Origin: Octopus bimaculoides | Taxonomy: Eukaryota | Direction of reading: 5' to 3' | DNA length: 63,677 bases | Assembly (NCBI RefSeq): GCF_001194135.2 | Contig: NC_068984.1 | Coordinates: 76,474,758 to 76,538,434, forward strand | Part shown: positions 12,323 to 25,900 of the stretch, in pieces | Layout: every line of letters begins with the position of its first letter | Position numbering within the stretch: the first letter of the stretch is position 1 | The notes under the pieces: model-generated | Database searches by the model: none | What the model was told of the DNA's origin: nothing | What the model saw: the letters and a program-made list of their open reading frames with translations, nothing else | Program-made: the position numbers and the translations under genes

Positions 12323-15300
12323 ATTTGTGTGTCTGTGTTTGTCCCCCCAACATCGCTTGACAACCGATGCTGGTTTGTTTACATCCCCATAACTTAGCGG
12401 TTCGGCAAAAGAGACCGATAGAATAAGTACTAGGCTTACAAAGAATAAGTCCTGGGGTCGATTTGCTTGACTAAAGGCGGTGCTCCAGCATGGCCACAGT
12501 CAAATGACTGAAACAAGTAAAAGAGTATATTGTTATATATTATATTGTTTTAGAAGAAGAATTTTTGAGCTGGGAAGTTGGAAATTTGGGCAAAATAATA
12601 AATTTTATCTTTCCATTTTCTCCCACCCACCCTTATATAATGTGGGTAGCCATATATTTGTGCTTGTCCTTTTATAATACTTTAGCCTCTCAGCATCACC
12701 TCCCCCAATTCATTTGAGGGCCTTTTTCCTTTTCTTTGTCATGCAAGTTATTTGGCAACCTCTCATCGTCATGATCAACGCCTGCTTTCCATGCTAGCAT
12801 GGGTTGGACGATTTGACTGAGGACTGGCAAACCAGATGGCTGCACCAGGCACCAATCTGATCTGGCAGAGTTTCTACAGCTGGGTGCCCTGCTCGAATGT
12901 TTTTTTCACGTGCCACCAGCACAAGTGCCAGTAAGGCAATGCTGGTAATAATCACGTTTGAATGGTGCTTTTTACGTGCCACCGGCACAGAAGCCAGTCA
13001 GCTGCTCTGGCGACGGTCATGCTCGGATGGTGCTCTTAGTGCTCCACTAGCACGGATACCAGTGATTGAATTTGATTTCAATTTCACTTTCCTCAACAGA
13101 TCTTCGCAAGCAGAGTTGAGTATCCAAGGAAGGAAAGGTACGCATAAGTGGGCTGGTTACACCCCTGGCATAGGCCATGGGTTATGGCCTCACTTGGCTT
13201 GCTGGGTCTTCTCAAGCACAGCATATTTCCAAGGGTCTCTGTCACTAGTCATTGCCTTGGTGAGGCCTAATGTTCGAAGGTCGTGCTTCACCACCTTATC
13301 CCAGGTCTTCCTGGGTCTACCTCTTCCACAGGTTCCCCTCAACCGCTAGGGTGTGGCACTTTTTCACACAGCTATCCTCATCCATTCTCGCCACATGACC
13401 ATACCAGCGCAGTTGTCACTCTTGCCCACCACATCTGATGATTCTTAGGTCCAACTTTCCTCTCAAGGTACTTACACTCTGTCGAGTATGCACATTGTTA
13501 ATTGTATAAAAAGGTACCTGTAAAACAGTTGACATTAGGAAGGGCATTCAACTGTAGAAACTGTGCCAAAGCTGACATTGGAGCTCAACACAGAGCTCAG
13601 GCTTTTTGGATCCTGTCAAACTGTCCAGTCTATGCCAACATCGAAAATGGACATTAGTTACTGATGATACTGCCTGTAATTTCAGGTCAAGAGTTTGATA
13701 AGTAACCTTGTGTTTGATGTTGTAGTCTGACATTTTGATATCAGTTTCACATTAGTCAAATTTGACATTTATTATTTTTATTTTTTATTAGTTTGCTGAT
13801 AGTTGTTTATTATTATAAACACCTGCTCAGCCTTGATTAAGATGACCTATGATGAACGGTGGTCATACCATATTCATTATTTTTTTTGTTATTGTGTACT
13901 ATTCTGTTTTTTTTTTCTCTTTCTCTAGAATGGTAGTCTGTGATTCATGAGGAATTTTATTGTTATTTCTAGTAGATTGAGTGATTGTAAAATTTCTTGT
14001 TGGCTAATGGGATTGTTTGGTTCCTAGGCTACCAAATGAGGGATTGATGGTTGATATTTTGTTACTGTAGCTATATCCCTGTCAAAAGTCTTTTAACTCT
14101 CATTATTTCTGTCAGTTCACTGTGTTTTAAAGAGCATACTTCTTCACTTTGGACAGCAGCAACACTGTTGTATTGAATAAGGATTAAGTGTTGCATGCTT
14201 TGTAAAACCCTGCTGGTGGTATATGTTGCTTAATGTGTGTTACATGTTGTCCTGATATAATAAATATGTCACTTAATAATGTTAAAATTTTCCTTTTGTA
14301 GAGACAATGGGATTATTCATTAAATAGCCACAAAAACAGTAACCAACCAGAAAATGATGTAAGTGTATAAATTTTATTTCGATGACCTTTGTTTTTCAAA
14401 TGAATATGTTTTATTTTACTATAGTATTTGTCATTCAAACTAAGCAAGTTTTACATTGAAATGATACCTCGCCACTAATGATTTCGGAATGAAACTATCA
14501 CTTCAGCATGAGAATAATGATTTCAAAGTGTGATTATCTCATAAAGATTTATTTAATAGAAAATATAACATTAAAACAACATTAGTATTGTTAACGATGT
14601 AAACTCACCTAGTTAATTATAAGTTTATGTCAGTCAAGCAGCAAGACATAAACCTCATCTTATAGCTATAATACTTACCAGTTTGTTTGAAGAAAAGTAC
14701 AGCATTAACACTCAGTGCTAATTTTCTGAGAATATATGTTATCTTGGTGTGTGACTTCCTTCATTCCTACAACATTGTTTGTAATTTCTACATGAATGTG
14801 TGTTTGGGGAAGGTTTCACTTCCAATATAAATTTTATTTATGAGAAAGCCTTCCTTTTTGGGATTAAACCTAGGTGATTTCTCTGGCAGACGTCTCAAAC
14901 AACAGTTATGTATAGCGTGTATGGTAACTTCAATTCCACAGTGAGCAAGTACAGTACTGAATATTTAAATATTTCTGGCTTTGAAACTGTTCAGTAAAAT
15001 GAAGAAAATTTCTAGGCTGCATCTTTTGTTTGTATGCTGTCTGTGTAATCTTTATTATTTGTACTTTAAAAGGCCTCAACCTAACAGAAACATTACCCCA
15101 CTGGGCAAAATACACAGGGGAAAAAATGCCAACTTCGTATTCTGAGTTCAAATTCTGCCAAGGTTGAGCTTTCCTTTCATCCTTTTGAACTCGATAAAAG
15201 AAGTACTAGTTGAGCTCTGGCAAAATTTCAAGTCTTGTGCCTATAGTAGAAAGAAAAAAAAAATGCTTGCTTGCTGAGTTTGTAAAGGGCAGTAACTCAT

Positions 15301-16918
15301 AGGTTTTAGGGATTAATTCTGTTATACATGCTTTATCAAAATTTAAAAAAAAAATCAAATTGAAAATAACGAAGTTTAGTGTAATAATATCCAGAGAGCA
15401 AAACAATATCTCATCTTCAAGGTTGGTGGTAGTCATTGAGGTAAGATATGACTATAATATAGACATGACTATAGGCTTGTGTTTGTATGTTTTGGTTATA
15501 TATATGTAAAACTTATTTGTTTTGGGGATTGAAGTAATACTACTCTTTCATTATGATGAACTTCTACCTGAACTTGATTAACGTAGATCTGATTTTCAAT
15601 AGATGGCATGGTTTTTCTGATAGCTGAACTTTATTTTCAGTTGCTATGAAATGGAATCTTGTAAAAGAAGAGTTAATATACCTGGTATGCTGTCACTGAT
15701 CTGGTATAGCTAATGAAGTAGCATCTAAGTGAGGGCATGTGGCTTAGTGGTTAGGGCATTTGGCTCACGATAGTAAGGTCGTGAGTTCGATTCCCGGCAA
15801 TGTGTTGTGTCCTTGAGCAAGATGCTTTATTTCATGTTGCTCCAGTCCACTCAGCTGGCAAAAATGAGTAGTACCTGTATTTCAAAGGGCCTGCTTTGTC
15901 ATGCTATGTGTCATGCTGAGTCTCCCTGAGAAGTACATTAGGGGTACACGTGTCTGTGGATTGCTCAGACACTTGCACGTTAATTTCATGAGCAGGCTGT
16001 TCCGTTGATCGTATCACCTGGGACCCTTGCCGTTGTAACCGACAGAGTACTCCTTCCTTTATAGCTAAGTAATTGAAAATATTGTGATTTGTACATGGTG
16101 CAGATTATTTTGGGGGTGGAATCTGTTTTATATTGTTAGTTAAACAGACATTGGGTAAAAAGCTTTGAGAAAATATAATAATCTCTGTTACAAGCAGTTA
16201 TTAGTGGAGAAAGTCCCTTAAGTGGTAAACTATGCAACTAAATCTTAATGAAGTAGCATCTAGAATTTTGAGGCAAAAAAAGAAACTGCATTCCAGATCT
16301 TTGCAGGCTCAGACATGGCTGTATAACTTAGAATTTTGTTTTACAATCATGGTTCTGGGTAATTGAGTATCTTGTAACTGAATAGAACCAATTTGCATAA
16401 GTCCCTCAAGTGAACTTGACCTGGGTTGGAGACCTTTCCTCCTCTGACCAAATTATAAAACCAGCCCAGTAAAACAGATCTAAAATATAAGTCATGTTTT
16501 TTCTTACTACTACTATTTATGAATGATCTTATCATTTTCAGGGTAGGGAAGTTGCTGTAAATATTTCACGATTACCTGAAGGAACTGTGATATTCGAAGA
16601 TGTTGCTATTGAAAGCATAAACGGGAGAATTCTGAAAACCTTAAAAAATTCCAATAAAGGTCGTCAAGGAGATCCCCTTTGTGGAAGAATTGTTTATGAA
16701 GTAGATAACCGGTATGTTTTTTATGTATATATGTGTGTGTGTGTGTATCATCATCATTATCATCATCATCATCGTTTAACGTCCGCTTTCCATGCGAGCA
16801 TGGGTTGGACAATTTGACTGAGGACTGGTGAAACCGGATGGCAACACCAGGCTCCAATCTGATTTGGCAGAGTTTCTACAGCTGGATGCCCTTCCTAACG
16901 CCAACCACTCAGAGAGTG

Positions 16919-16963
<45 letters not shown>

Positions 16964-19900
16964 TATATATATATATATGAATGATCATTATTGTTTTAAC
17001 ATGCATTTTTCTATGCTTGCATGGATCAGACAGAATTCATTGAAGCAGACTTTCTACAGATTGATACCTTTCTGTTGCTAATCTTCACTTGTTTCCAAGC
17101 AAGATAATATTTCCCCATGACCAGGCATGTTTACAGGGAAGATTATGATAGTGATGCTTGTTTATAACAATCCTATGATATCAAGACATAAAGACACGCA
17201 TTCATCCCATTGCTGGAAACTCCAAAGGCAGATGTGAAAATGCTGACAGTGATGTCTATATACGAGTGTACATATATGTTCATAATTGTATATTAGTGTA
17301 CACATTCTCTCTCTGTCTCACTCTCTCCCTCTTTCTTGCTTCTCTCTTTCTCCCATTGTTTTTTTTTAATTGATACAGTGACAAATAGTTATACTTTGTC
17401 ATCAGTTTTGTGAGGTATACCTTTTGATGAGTGGAATTTTAATCTGTGTTGCTATTATTGGTTTGTTACATCTCAGAATCAAATAATCAACCCAAAGAAT
17501 TGTTTCAGCAGTTTCTTTTTATTTATTATTTTTAACATAGGCAAGTTGAAATTCCATTTGGAGACAAGGACCAAAAGGGAGACTTCACATTACAGGTTGA
17601 CGATCTTGTTGCATTTAATATTGCTACAGACCGCAGAGATGGATTACAACGAGCTACACAAATTGAACTTCTTGACTGTACCTTTGAGAAAAGCAAAGAA
17701 ACCAGAGAGGTGGTTAGTGTCATATCTTTACACTTCTCCATTTATTTGTATTGTTGTACAATGAATCATTCCATTCCCCAGTATCTCTCTTTCAGTCCTA
17801 CCCTTATTTACTTACCACACCCACTGTCTCTTTCCTCTATTTCTCTCTATGACAAAAGGAATTCCTGAAGCATCTTTCTTTCTCCTCCTCTCTCTCTGAT
17901 GAAGGGAATTCCTGAAACTCCTCACAGATAGTCCTGTTATCAAAAACAGTAAGAGTCTACAATGTTTTTGATCTCAGAACTATCTTTTGTGTCTTTGAAT
18001 TATAGTTTTCATTCTAGAGCAGTGGCTCTCAATCAGGGTCCACATGATCCTTGGGAGTCTATGTGAGATTTTGTAGTTACAATTTATGTGCTATAAATTG
18101 ACTGTATTTCTACAATACACAAAATATTTTAACAATTTTTTAAATACAATTCTTAATAATATTTAATTAAAAAAATATAATTGAATTTTCTTTTTTAAAC
18201 ACTGAATGAGTATGAGGTCCCAGTAGAGTAAAATAAGGATCAGAAGGGTCTTTAAGCAAATAATGGTTGTGAACCACTGTTCTAGAGCATAAAAGAACAT
18301 GTCTTTATCACTTAATTACAATCATGTTTTTATTTTACTCTTTGTGTGTGTGTGAAAATGAATGAATTTATTATGGAAACAAATGAGTGAATGTATTAGG
18401 AAAATACATAATCTTACCTTCAGAATATTATGGACCCAACAAAAGTGCTCTGTTTTGTTGTTTGACTTGCTAGAAATCACATTTATTATACCCATCTGTT
18501 TTATTAAAAAGAGAACAACACCCTGGTTCTAGTAGTCTTCACAATTGTCTTCAAGTACGATACTTCTAAACTAGGCTAGGCTAGGGATTATTTTGCCAAA
18601 TCAGTTGTGCAACTGAACGTGTGATTAAAAATAATCAGATTCCTTTCTTATTCCATAGGTATGCCGTTGTCTACATTTATAGGTGTATTTTCTTGTTAAA
18701 TATATGTCAACTAGACTCTGAAAATTATGTGAAATTGTCAATAACTAACTAAAATGCTTCATGTGGTTTATTCAACAGGGCATTGTTGCTACTCTGAAGG
18801 AAGGATATGGTTTCATACAATGTGCTGATCGCGACCTCAGAGTTTTCTTCCATTTTAGTGAAATGCTTGATCAAACTAAGGAGTTGAAGCTGCAGGATGA
18901 AGTTGAATTCACAGTAGTACAAGTTGGTATAACTCTCTCTCTCTCTCTGTCCCACACATACACACACTGTGTTTTATTGAAGCTGAGGAAAAACCTCACA
19001 AGCTGTTACTCAGTGTTTATTTAACCTATCATCAGACAAAAGTGAAATTTTGGAACACTACAATGATTTATAAATGTTTAGAAATGATGTGTGGAGGCGC
19101 AATGGCCCAGTGGTTAGGGCAGCGGACTCGTAGTCATAGGATCGCGGTTTCGATTCCTAGACTGGGCGTTGTGAGTGTTTATTGAGCGAAAACACCTAAA
19201 GTTCCACGAGGCTCTGGCAGGGGATGGTAGCGAACCCTTCTGTACTCTTTCACCACAACTTTCTCTCATTCTTACTTCCTGTTTCTGTTGTGCCTGTAAT
19301 TCAAAGGGTCAGCCTTGTCACACTGTATCACGCTGAATATCCCCGAGAACTACGTTAAGGGTACACGTGTCTGTGGAGTGCTCAGCCACTTGCACATTAA
19401 TTTCACGAGCAGGCTGTTCCGTTGATCGGATCAACTGGAACCCTCGACGTCGTAAGCGATGGAGTGCCAACAACAACATAAATGATGCAGAGATAATGAT
19501 TTATTTAGTCATTAAATAAACACAAAATCTAATTGGACAAGAAATCAAAACTTTCCAGATTTAATGGAATCTGTTAGATATGATTGACCGTTGATTAAAA
19601 AATAATATAAACCTGAAAAATAAATAAAATATGAGAACATAACTTGCATATGTACATAATATAATTGAGGAAAGGGAAAAAATTATAACTGTTATAAAGT
19701 GCTTTTGGCCTTTCCAACAGTATATATCTTTTACTTGTGCCACCTTGAAGAATTTTTAATTGAATGTGTCAACTCCAGTACTTTTTGTTTTTATAAGCCT
19801 GGTACTTATTCTGTTAGTCACTTTTGCCAAACCACTAAGTTACGGGGATGTAAAAACACCAACACTAGTTGTCAAGTGGTAGTAGGTGGGGGGACAAACA

Positions 19901-22900
19901 CAGACACAAAGACACACAAGCATAGCTATATATACATTTATATGTATGTGTACACACACACACACACACAATGAGCTTCTTTCAGTTTCTTATTTCTTTA
20001 TTGCCCACAAGGGGCTAAACATAGAGGGGACAAACAGGACAGACAAAGGGATTAGGGCTATTACATCGACCCCAGTGCGTAACTGGTACTTAATTTATCG
20101 ACCCCGAAGGGATGAAAAGCAAAATCGACCTCAGCGGAATTTGAACTCAGAATGTAACAGCAGACAAAATACCGCTAAGCATTTCGCCTGGTGTGCTAAC
20201 GTTTCTGCCAGCTCGCCGCCTTTCAGTTTCTGTCTACCAAATCCACTCATGAGGCTTTGGTTGGTCTGAGGCTATAGTAGGAAATACTTGCCCAAGGTGC
20301 CACACGGTGGGACTGAGCCCCGAACCATGTGGTTGAGAAACAAGCTTCTTACCACAGCCATGCCTGTTCCTGTATATGGTATTAAATCAAGTAGAAGTTT
20401 TGAGCCACTGAAATGTGATCTCTTATTTCATTTGATTGCAATTAATAAAATAATTTAACTTCATAAATTGGTTTCACTATTTGTCGCTGTAAAATTATAA
20501 AAGTGTAAAAATTACATGACAAGAAATCAAAATACGAGTGGAATTGAGAAAATTTGGGATCATAAAGAAAGGAATGTGACCTGGGACTCACTTGCCTGTT
20601 TATTAATTTATCAGCTTGGTTTTGTTAAATACTTTGCTAAAACCATGCTGTGTCTTTTTTCTCCACTTCAGGATCCTTCATCACCAAATAAGCAAATAGC
20701 TATTCGCATTAAAATGCTTCCCAAACGAACACTTTCTCTTACAATTTCTACTGAAAAATATATTGGAACAATTGACCGTGAGCCTGCAACACACAAAAGC
20801 CCAGGTAAATTGAAGTTCATAAAATATGCCTATCTTTTTTTTCTCTTTTTTTTATTCATTTGATGTTTAACCCCAGGTCAACCCTGATCATGCATATGTG
20901 TGAATCAAATATATTCCCCAACCAAGATCTCCTTGTTTTTTTAAGATTATGTAGAAATTTGTTATCCAATACCTCCTCATTTTCAAGTCATTAAAGTTAG
21001 AAAACTTTGGTTCCTATTTCTAGCATACTGAATGATCACGCAGAGATTTCTTTGTTGATTCATTCTTTTCTTTTCTCTATTTAAGGGTTTGTTGTAATGT
21101 TGAAGTTAATGTCTGTGAAATAGATGCAAGAAGAGATAACTATAAGTCCTTGCAATGTAGCCTTGTTTGTTGTGAAAGTCTACTGGTTGAGTTGTTAGTA
21201 TTGGATTACTGGTTTCATAATTTCAATGTCCGCTTTACAATGTTACTTGGGTTGAGTGGATCTGCCAAATGGCATATAACCACTCATCTTAGTTCTGTGT
21301 TATCTTGTTCATTAGATCCAACAGCATCTTCAACTTTCCCTAACCTCATGCATCTTCTGCTGCTAGTGCACAAGGCATTTCTTTCATTCAACAGTCATTG
21401 GATTATTCTTTACATTTTACTAATGCAGCTGCCTCTCTTGTTGATATTGGCTGATGATCAGTGGCACTTCAGCCTCTGCAGACTTTCCATGTCCAATACA
21501 GCATCATACTTTTTAACCTATGTTTCATACAGTCTATATTTTGTGTGGAAAAAGTGAGGGAATACTGTTGCTACAAAGTGAGATAGTAGTTCCTTGAACT
21601 TCTACTGTTTTCTTACTCTGATTTTATGATCTTAACTACAATCACCACTTATTGATTAGGTCACTTTGATAATGAAGATTATCTATGTATTTAACATGGT
21701 ATTAATAGTTTCTTAACCTAATTAACAAATAGGAAATTATCTGTTAATTCTGTTTCATGGTTGACTAGCTAATGTCGTAAAGAATTGTAAAACAATGTTC
21801 ATTGTCATAGAATTTTTGGACTACAGTGTTGATGTAAATATCATAAAACATTTGCTTTTAAAAATGGAGCTGATAGTCTGAAAAAGTTTTATCTAATTAA
21901 GCAATATATCTGAAATTGAAGAGCAAACAAATCTGTGTAGCATGAATATGTAACACCATTGTTATCATTTACATCTGCCTCTTATCCATTGTTCTTGCCT
22001 ATGCAGAAGTCCTAGTCTTCTTGTCTCACTACTGTCCTCTCACTTGATAACATTTGTTGCTTCTTTAGGTCTTGTCAGGAGTAGTTGTGCTTGCATTTGT
22101 TGTTTGTCTTTGTTATATGTGATAAGGCAACAGTTCCTCTTGCATAGTAGCTGTATGATCATCTGTTGGTCTGCCCTACAAGTATTTGTGTTTTAATTTT
22201 TTTGTGATATTAATTTAATGTAATATTTACCAATTCCATTTATATACTTAGTCTCAAATCCTTTTCTTATATATATGTGTGTGTGTGTGTGTGCGTGTGT
22301 GTGACTAACTTATATACAATCTATGCTACTTATTGTTCTAGCCTGACCGGACAATGCCTGTTCTTATACACAAAGAGCATGCCTCTGATACATAGCTGTT
22401 GCTTGTGTTACTTGCCAGGCTGATGGGAAGATTTCAACTCATCATCTGAAAATAGTTAAAACATGGTATACCTATTGCTTATTGTAGAAAACTATATTTT
22501 GTGGGTTGAGTTAGAATGTGTGCTTTAAACAATGATGAAAGTAGAAAGACACTTCAGTTAGTAAATCAGTATTTTTTGCTATAACAAGGGTTAGTTGTAT
22601 TTCATTCGTTGTAGTTGATTCTGGTCAGGTTCGAAAAACCACTAAAATATACCTCATCCTACTCATTCATTTGGGTAGTGAGCCAGTGAAAGAACTATGT
22701 GATTGCACAACCTTGTAAAAATAGCAGCCTAATGTTCTTCTAATTATACACTAGCATCTTGAAATGTCAGGGATATATTTTGTATTTTTCCTGCAAACTA
22801 TTCTTGCCCATTTGCTACATATGTTGTCAAACAATATGAAATTCTATGCAATACCTGAAAGAAGTACAGGTCCACAATGACTGGAACGCCTTTGATGGTA

Positions 22901-25900
22901 GATCTACTTCATCAGGGATGACCTGCAGATAACATAACTGATGTAATAAATAATCAGTTGACTGATCTTTAATAATCAGAGAAATCATTTAAGATACTAT
23001 TGAGTTGAGGGCATGAGAATTGCGATGTTTGTGATGTTCCTGAGAGCTTTAGCAGAATAGTACAACTCTAACTGGGATGTAAAACTGAACCGTAGTCTCA
23101 GTTTGTTGGAAGCTTACCAACCATCTTTTAAAAGTGTATCATTTTTATATCAGCTGGCCAGTATAGCTCAGATTGTTGGATTATGTTCTTTACATATGTA
23201 TTTAGAGGTCAATAAACATTATGTTCCTAACAAATGTAATGCTGGTGGCAGGACTTGAATATTTTAGTCGTTTAGCTCTCAAAAATTCAGTTCTTGTGTA
23301 TATATTATATTGTTATTTTTGGGAGATTTTTTAGCATTCAGTTCTCACTCTCATTTGTTTGCCATTTATTGGCAGATATATTTGGTATTTGTAATAATGT
23401 AACGAAAGATTTTTATGTGAAATTATGTTTGAAGGTTTTTTTTTTTTTAAAGCAAGTGGTTTTGTATCAGAGAACTGGCTTGTCTATTGAAAGAATTAAA
23501 GTAAAGCTTCTCTTTCATTGGTAAGGATGTGAATCTGCTTTGAAACTGATAGATGTCTGTAATGATTTTTCAGCTATGTACGAGTTTTTAGAATATTAAA
23601 TTAGCTTCTTTATTTTTTTGTTATGTTTTATCTAAATTCTTCCTCTGTTTTGCAGGCAAAAACAAAGAAGGGGAATCTGGAAATATAATATATGACTATG
23701 AAGGTGCTATTCAACAAATTCCATATTACTTAAAAGATTTAGTGGACCAGAAGGGTCCTCCAAGATATGGTGATAAGGTAAATTTTAAAATGCTCTTAAG
23801 TACCTTTTTCTTTATTATTTTAATTGGTTTTAGAGGGTGGCAAAAAATATTGAAAAAGGAGTCTGTAAGTCTCTGATAGGTTAGTGAAAGAAAGTCTTAC
23901 TTAGAACTTGTAAGTAATGCTTGAGAATTTTTACATCAAACAATACATTTAAATATGTGCATATTACAAGACCGTGTAATTTTGACTTGTAAAATAGTAC
24001 CTTCGACTTCTTTAAACTGTCATTATTTCTTATTCCTTTATTTTTCATTAGATTGAATTTAGCATTGGTGAATCGTCTAGAAATGGCCAGAAGAGAGCTG
24101 TCAATATAAGAGTAGTTCTTCGCAATGTTGCTGGCAAATGCCAAGGCTTCATTGCTACATTGAAAGACAACTATGGATTCATTGAAAATGCTGACCATGA
24201 GAAGGAAGTTTTCTTTCATTTCAGGTAAGTTTATTATCCGTTTGAATTGCTCCATGGTGGCTGGGTGATAATGCAGTACAAGCAAACACTTGTATTACAT
24301 TGTTTATTTTATATGATGTGATTAAGTTCTTCATGTGAATGAAGAACTGAAAGTATTTAATTTGGTCTGGTTTAAATTGTCTGTGTATTAACTTTGTCAG
24401 TAAAATCACTACCCTTGAAGTATTAAGATTTGAACATCTTGCTTATTGCTCTTGATGCATGACATCTAACTTAATGTTTTATTTATTTTTTTTTGCTCTG
24501 TATCTTTTTAAAACAGCTCTATTGAGAATGATCAGTTGGAATTTAATCTTGGCGATGAAGTAGAATATACATTGGCTAAAAAAGGGGCCAAGTTAAGTGC
24601 TGAAAACATCAAAAAACTTCCGAAAGGCACTGTTTCACCTGAGGTAAGTATAATTTCATGAAATAATCCCAATTTTGAGCTTAGTTCAGATAAGTGATTC
24701 TTAATTTTAAGTTTCTTAAAATTTGTTTCCCAACCATTTGTTTCAAGTTCAGTTCCACTTCCTGGCAGTTTGGGTAAGTGTCTTCTATACCCTTGGGCCA
24801 GCCAAAGCCTTGTGACAAGATTTGGTAGATAGAAACTGATGTGTGTAAAAAGTATATATGTGTGTAAAAGTATATGTGTGTGTGTGAGTTGGTATTTCTC
24901 TTCTCTTCATATGTGATTTCAATCTAATTTTCATTACTGTTGAGGAATCAGAAATACCAACATCTGTATTGCCTCCAGTAAAACCGAATTTTTTTTCTCT
25001 CAGTATTTTCAGTATCTTGAGGGAGAAAACTTTTAGATTCATATTTGGAACTAGTTGTTTCCAATTATAGTATACTCACCTTATCTGGTAGCCAACTGGA
25101 ATTCTCAAGAAACACTGCCCAGAAAAAAAAAAAAAAAAGTGTTATTAATTAGAGTCAAGAATATTTGTGTTAATTGTTATTAAAAGAAAGTTATTACTGT
25201 ATCTTAAACAAATAGTTTAGCATTCTCTTGGTACAGTGCAGTATTTTATTTTATTGTATTTACAATTCCTGTATTTTATTAGGTTAATATAGGTTCTTTA
25301 TTTAAATTATATTTTCCCATTTTACTCTCATTTCTACTAAATTAAGAATATTAATGATAATATTGGTGTATATAGATGGAGTTTTAATGAGTTCTGTAAG
25401 GTACTAAGGTAATTTAAAAAGTGATGATCAGGTAACCTGAAGACGTCAGTTATCTGTGGTGCTGGATAGGGGGTAGTTTACTGTATATATCACCTACATC
25501 ATTTTGGAAAGAAAATTTGAGTTTATAACTAAAATTGCATACTAAAAGTTATTGGTAAAAATTTTAAAATTTTATATTTGATTGCAAACACAGATAAGAA
25601 ATAGAAATTTGTACAGTAACTAAATTTATAAAGCAATAAAATTAAGTTTTATATGGTAGGAGATATGTCACATTTTTCTTGTTATGAATTTATCTCTCTT
25701 CTTTTTATTAGTTTCATCTGAAGGAAGGGACTGTACTCATAGACCTTGCAGGCCCTCCAGCATTGGCAAGATTGATGTCTTTACTATTTGCTTCAGCTGT
25801 TGCAAGTTGAAGATTGCAGGTTAGGCATGTATAGGTAGAGAATGCAAGAAGGCCAGTATTCTGGGAAGTAATGACTGGTTGTAGTAATTAGTATAGGACT

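Noticed and set aside
12897-13349. 150-aa plus-strand ORF
   Set aside because: Antisense reading of the RTE 3' end
13900-13945. Strong pyrimidine tract and AG at 13927-13928
   Set aside because: Follows a SINE remnant, hits TGA after four codons and has no convincing donor
15731-15800. tRNA-like A/B boxes here and at 19091-19160
   Set aside because: No complete cloverleaf or acceptor stem; they are SINE heads continuing into shared repeat bodies
22615-22623. Possible 9-nt phase-1 microexon (TTGATTCTG)
   Set aside because: Weak GTCAGG donor; such matches are expected by chance
23881-24285. 134-aa minus-strand ORF
   Set aside because: Antisense shadow of CSDE1 exon 12 plus intron; no motif
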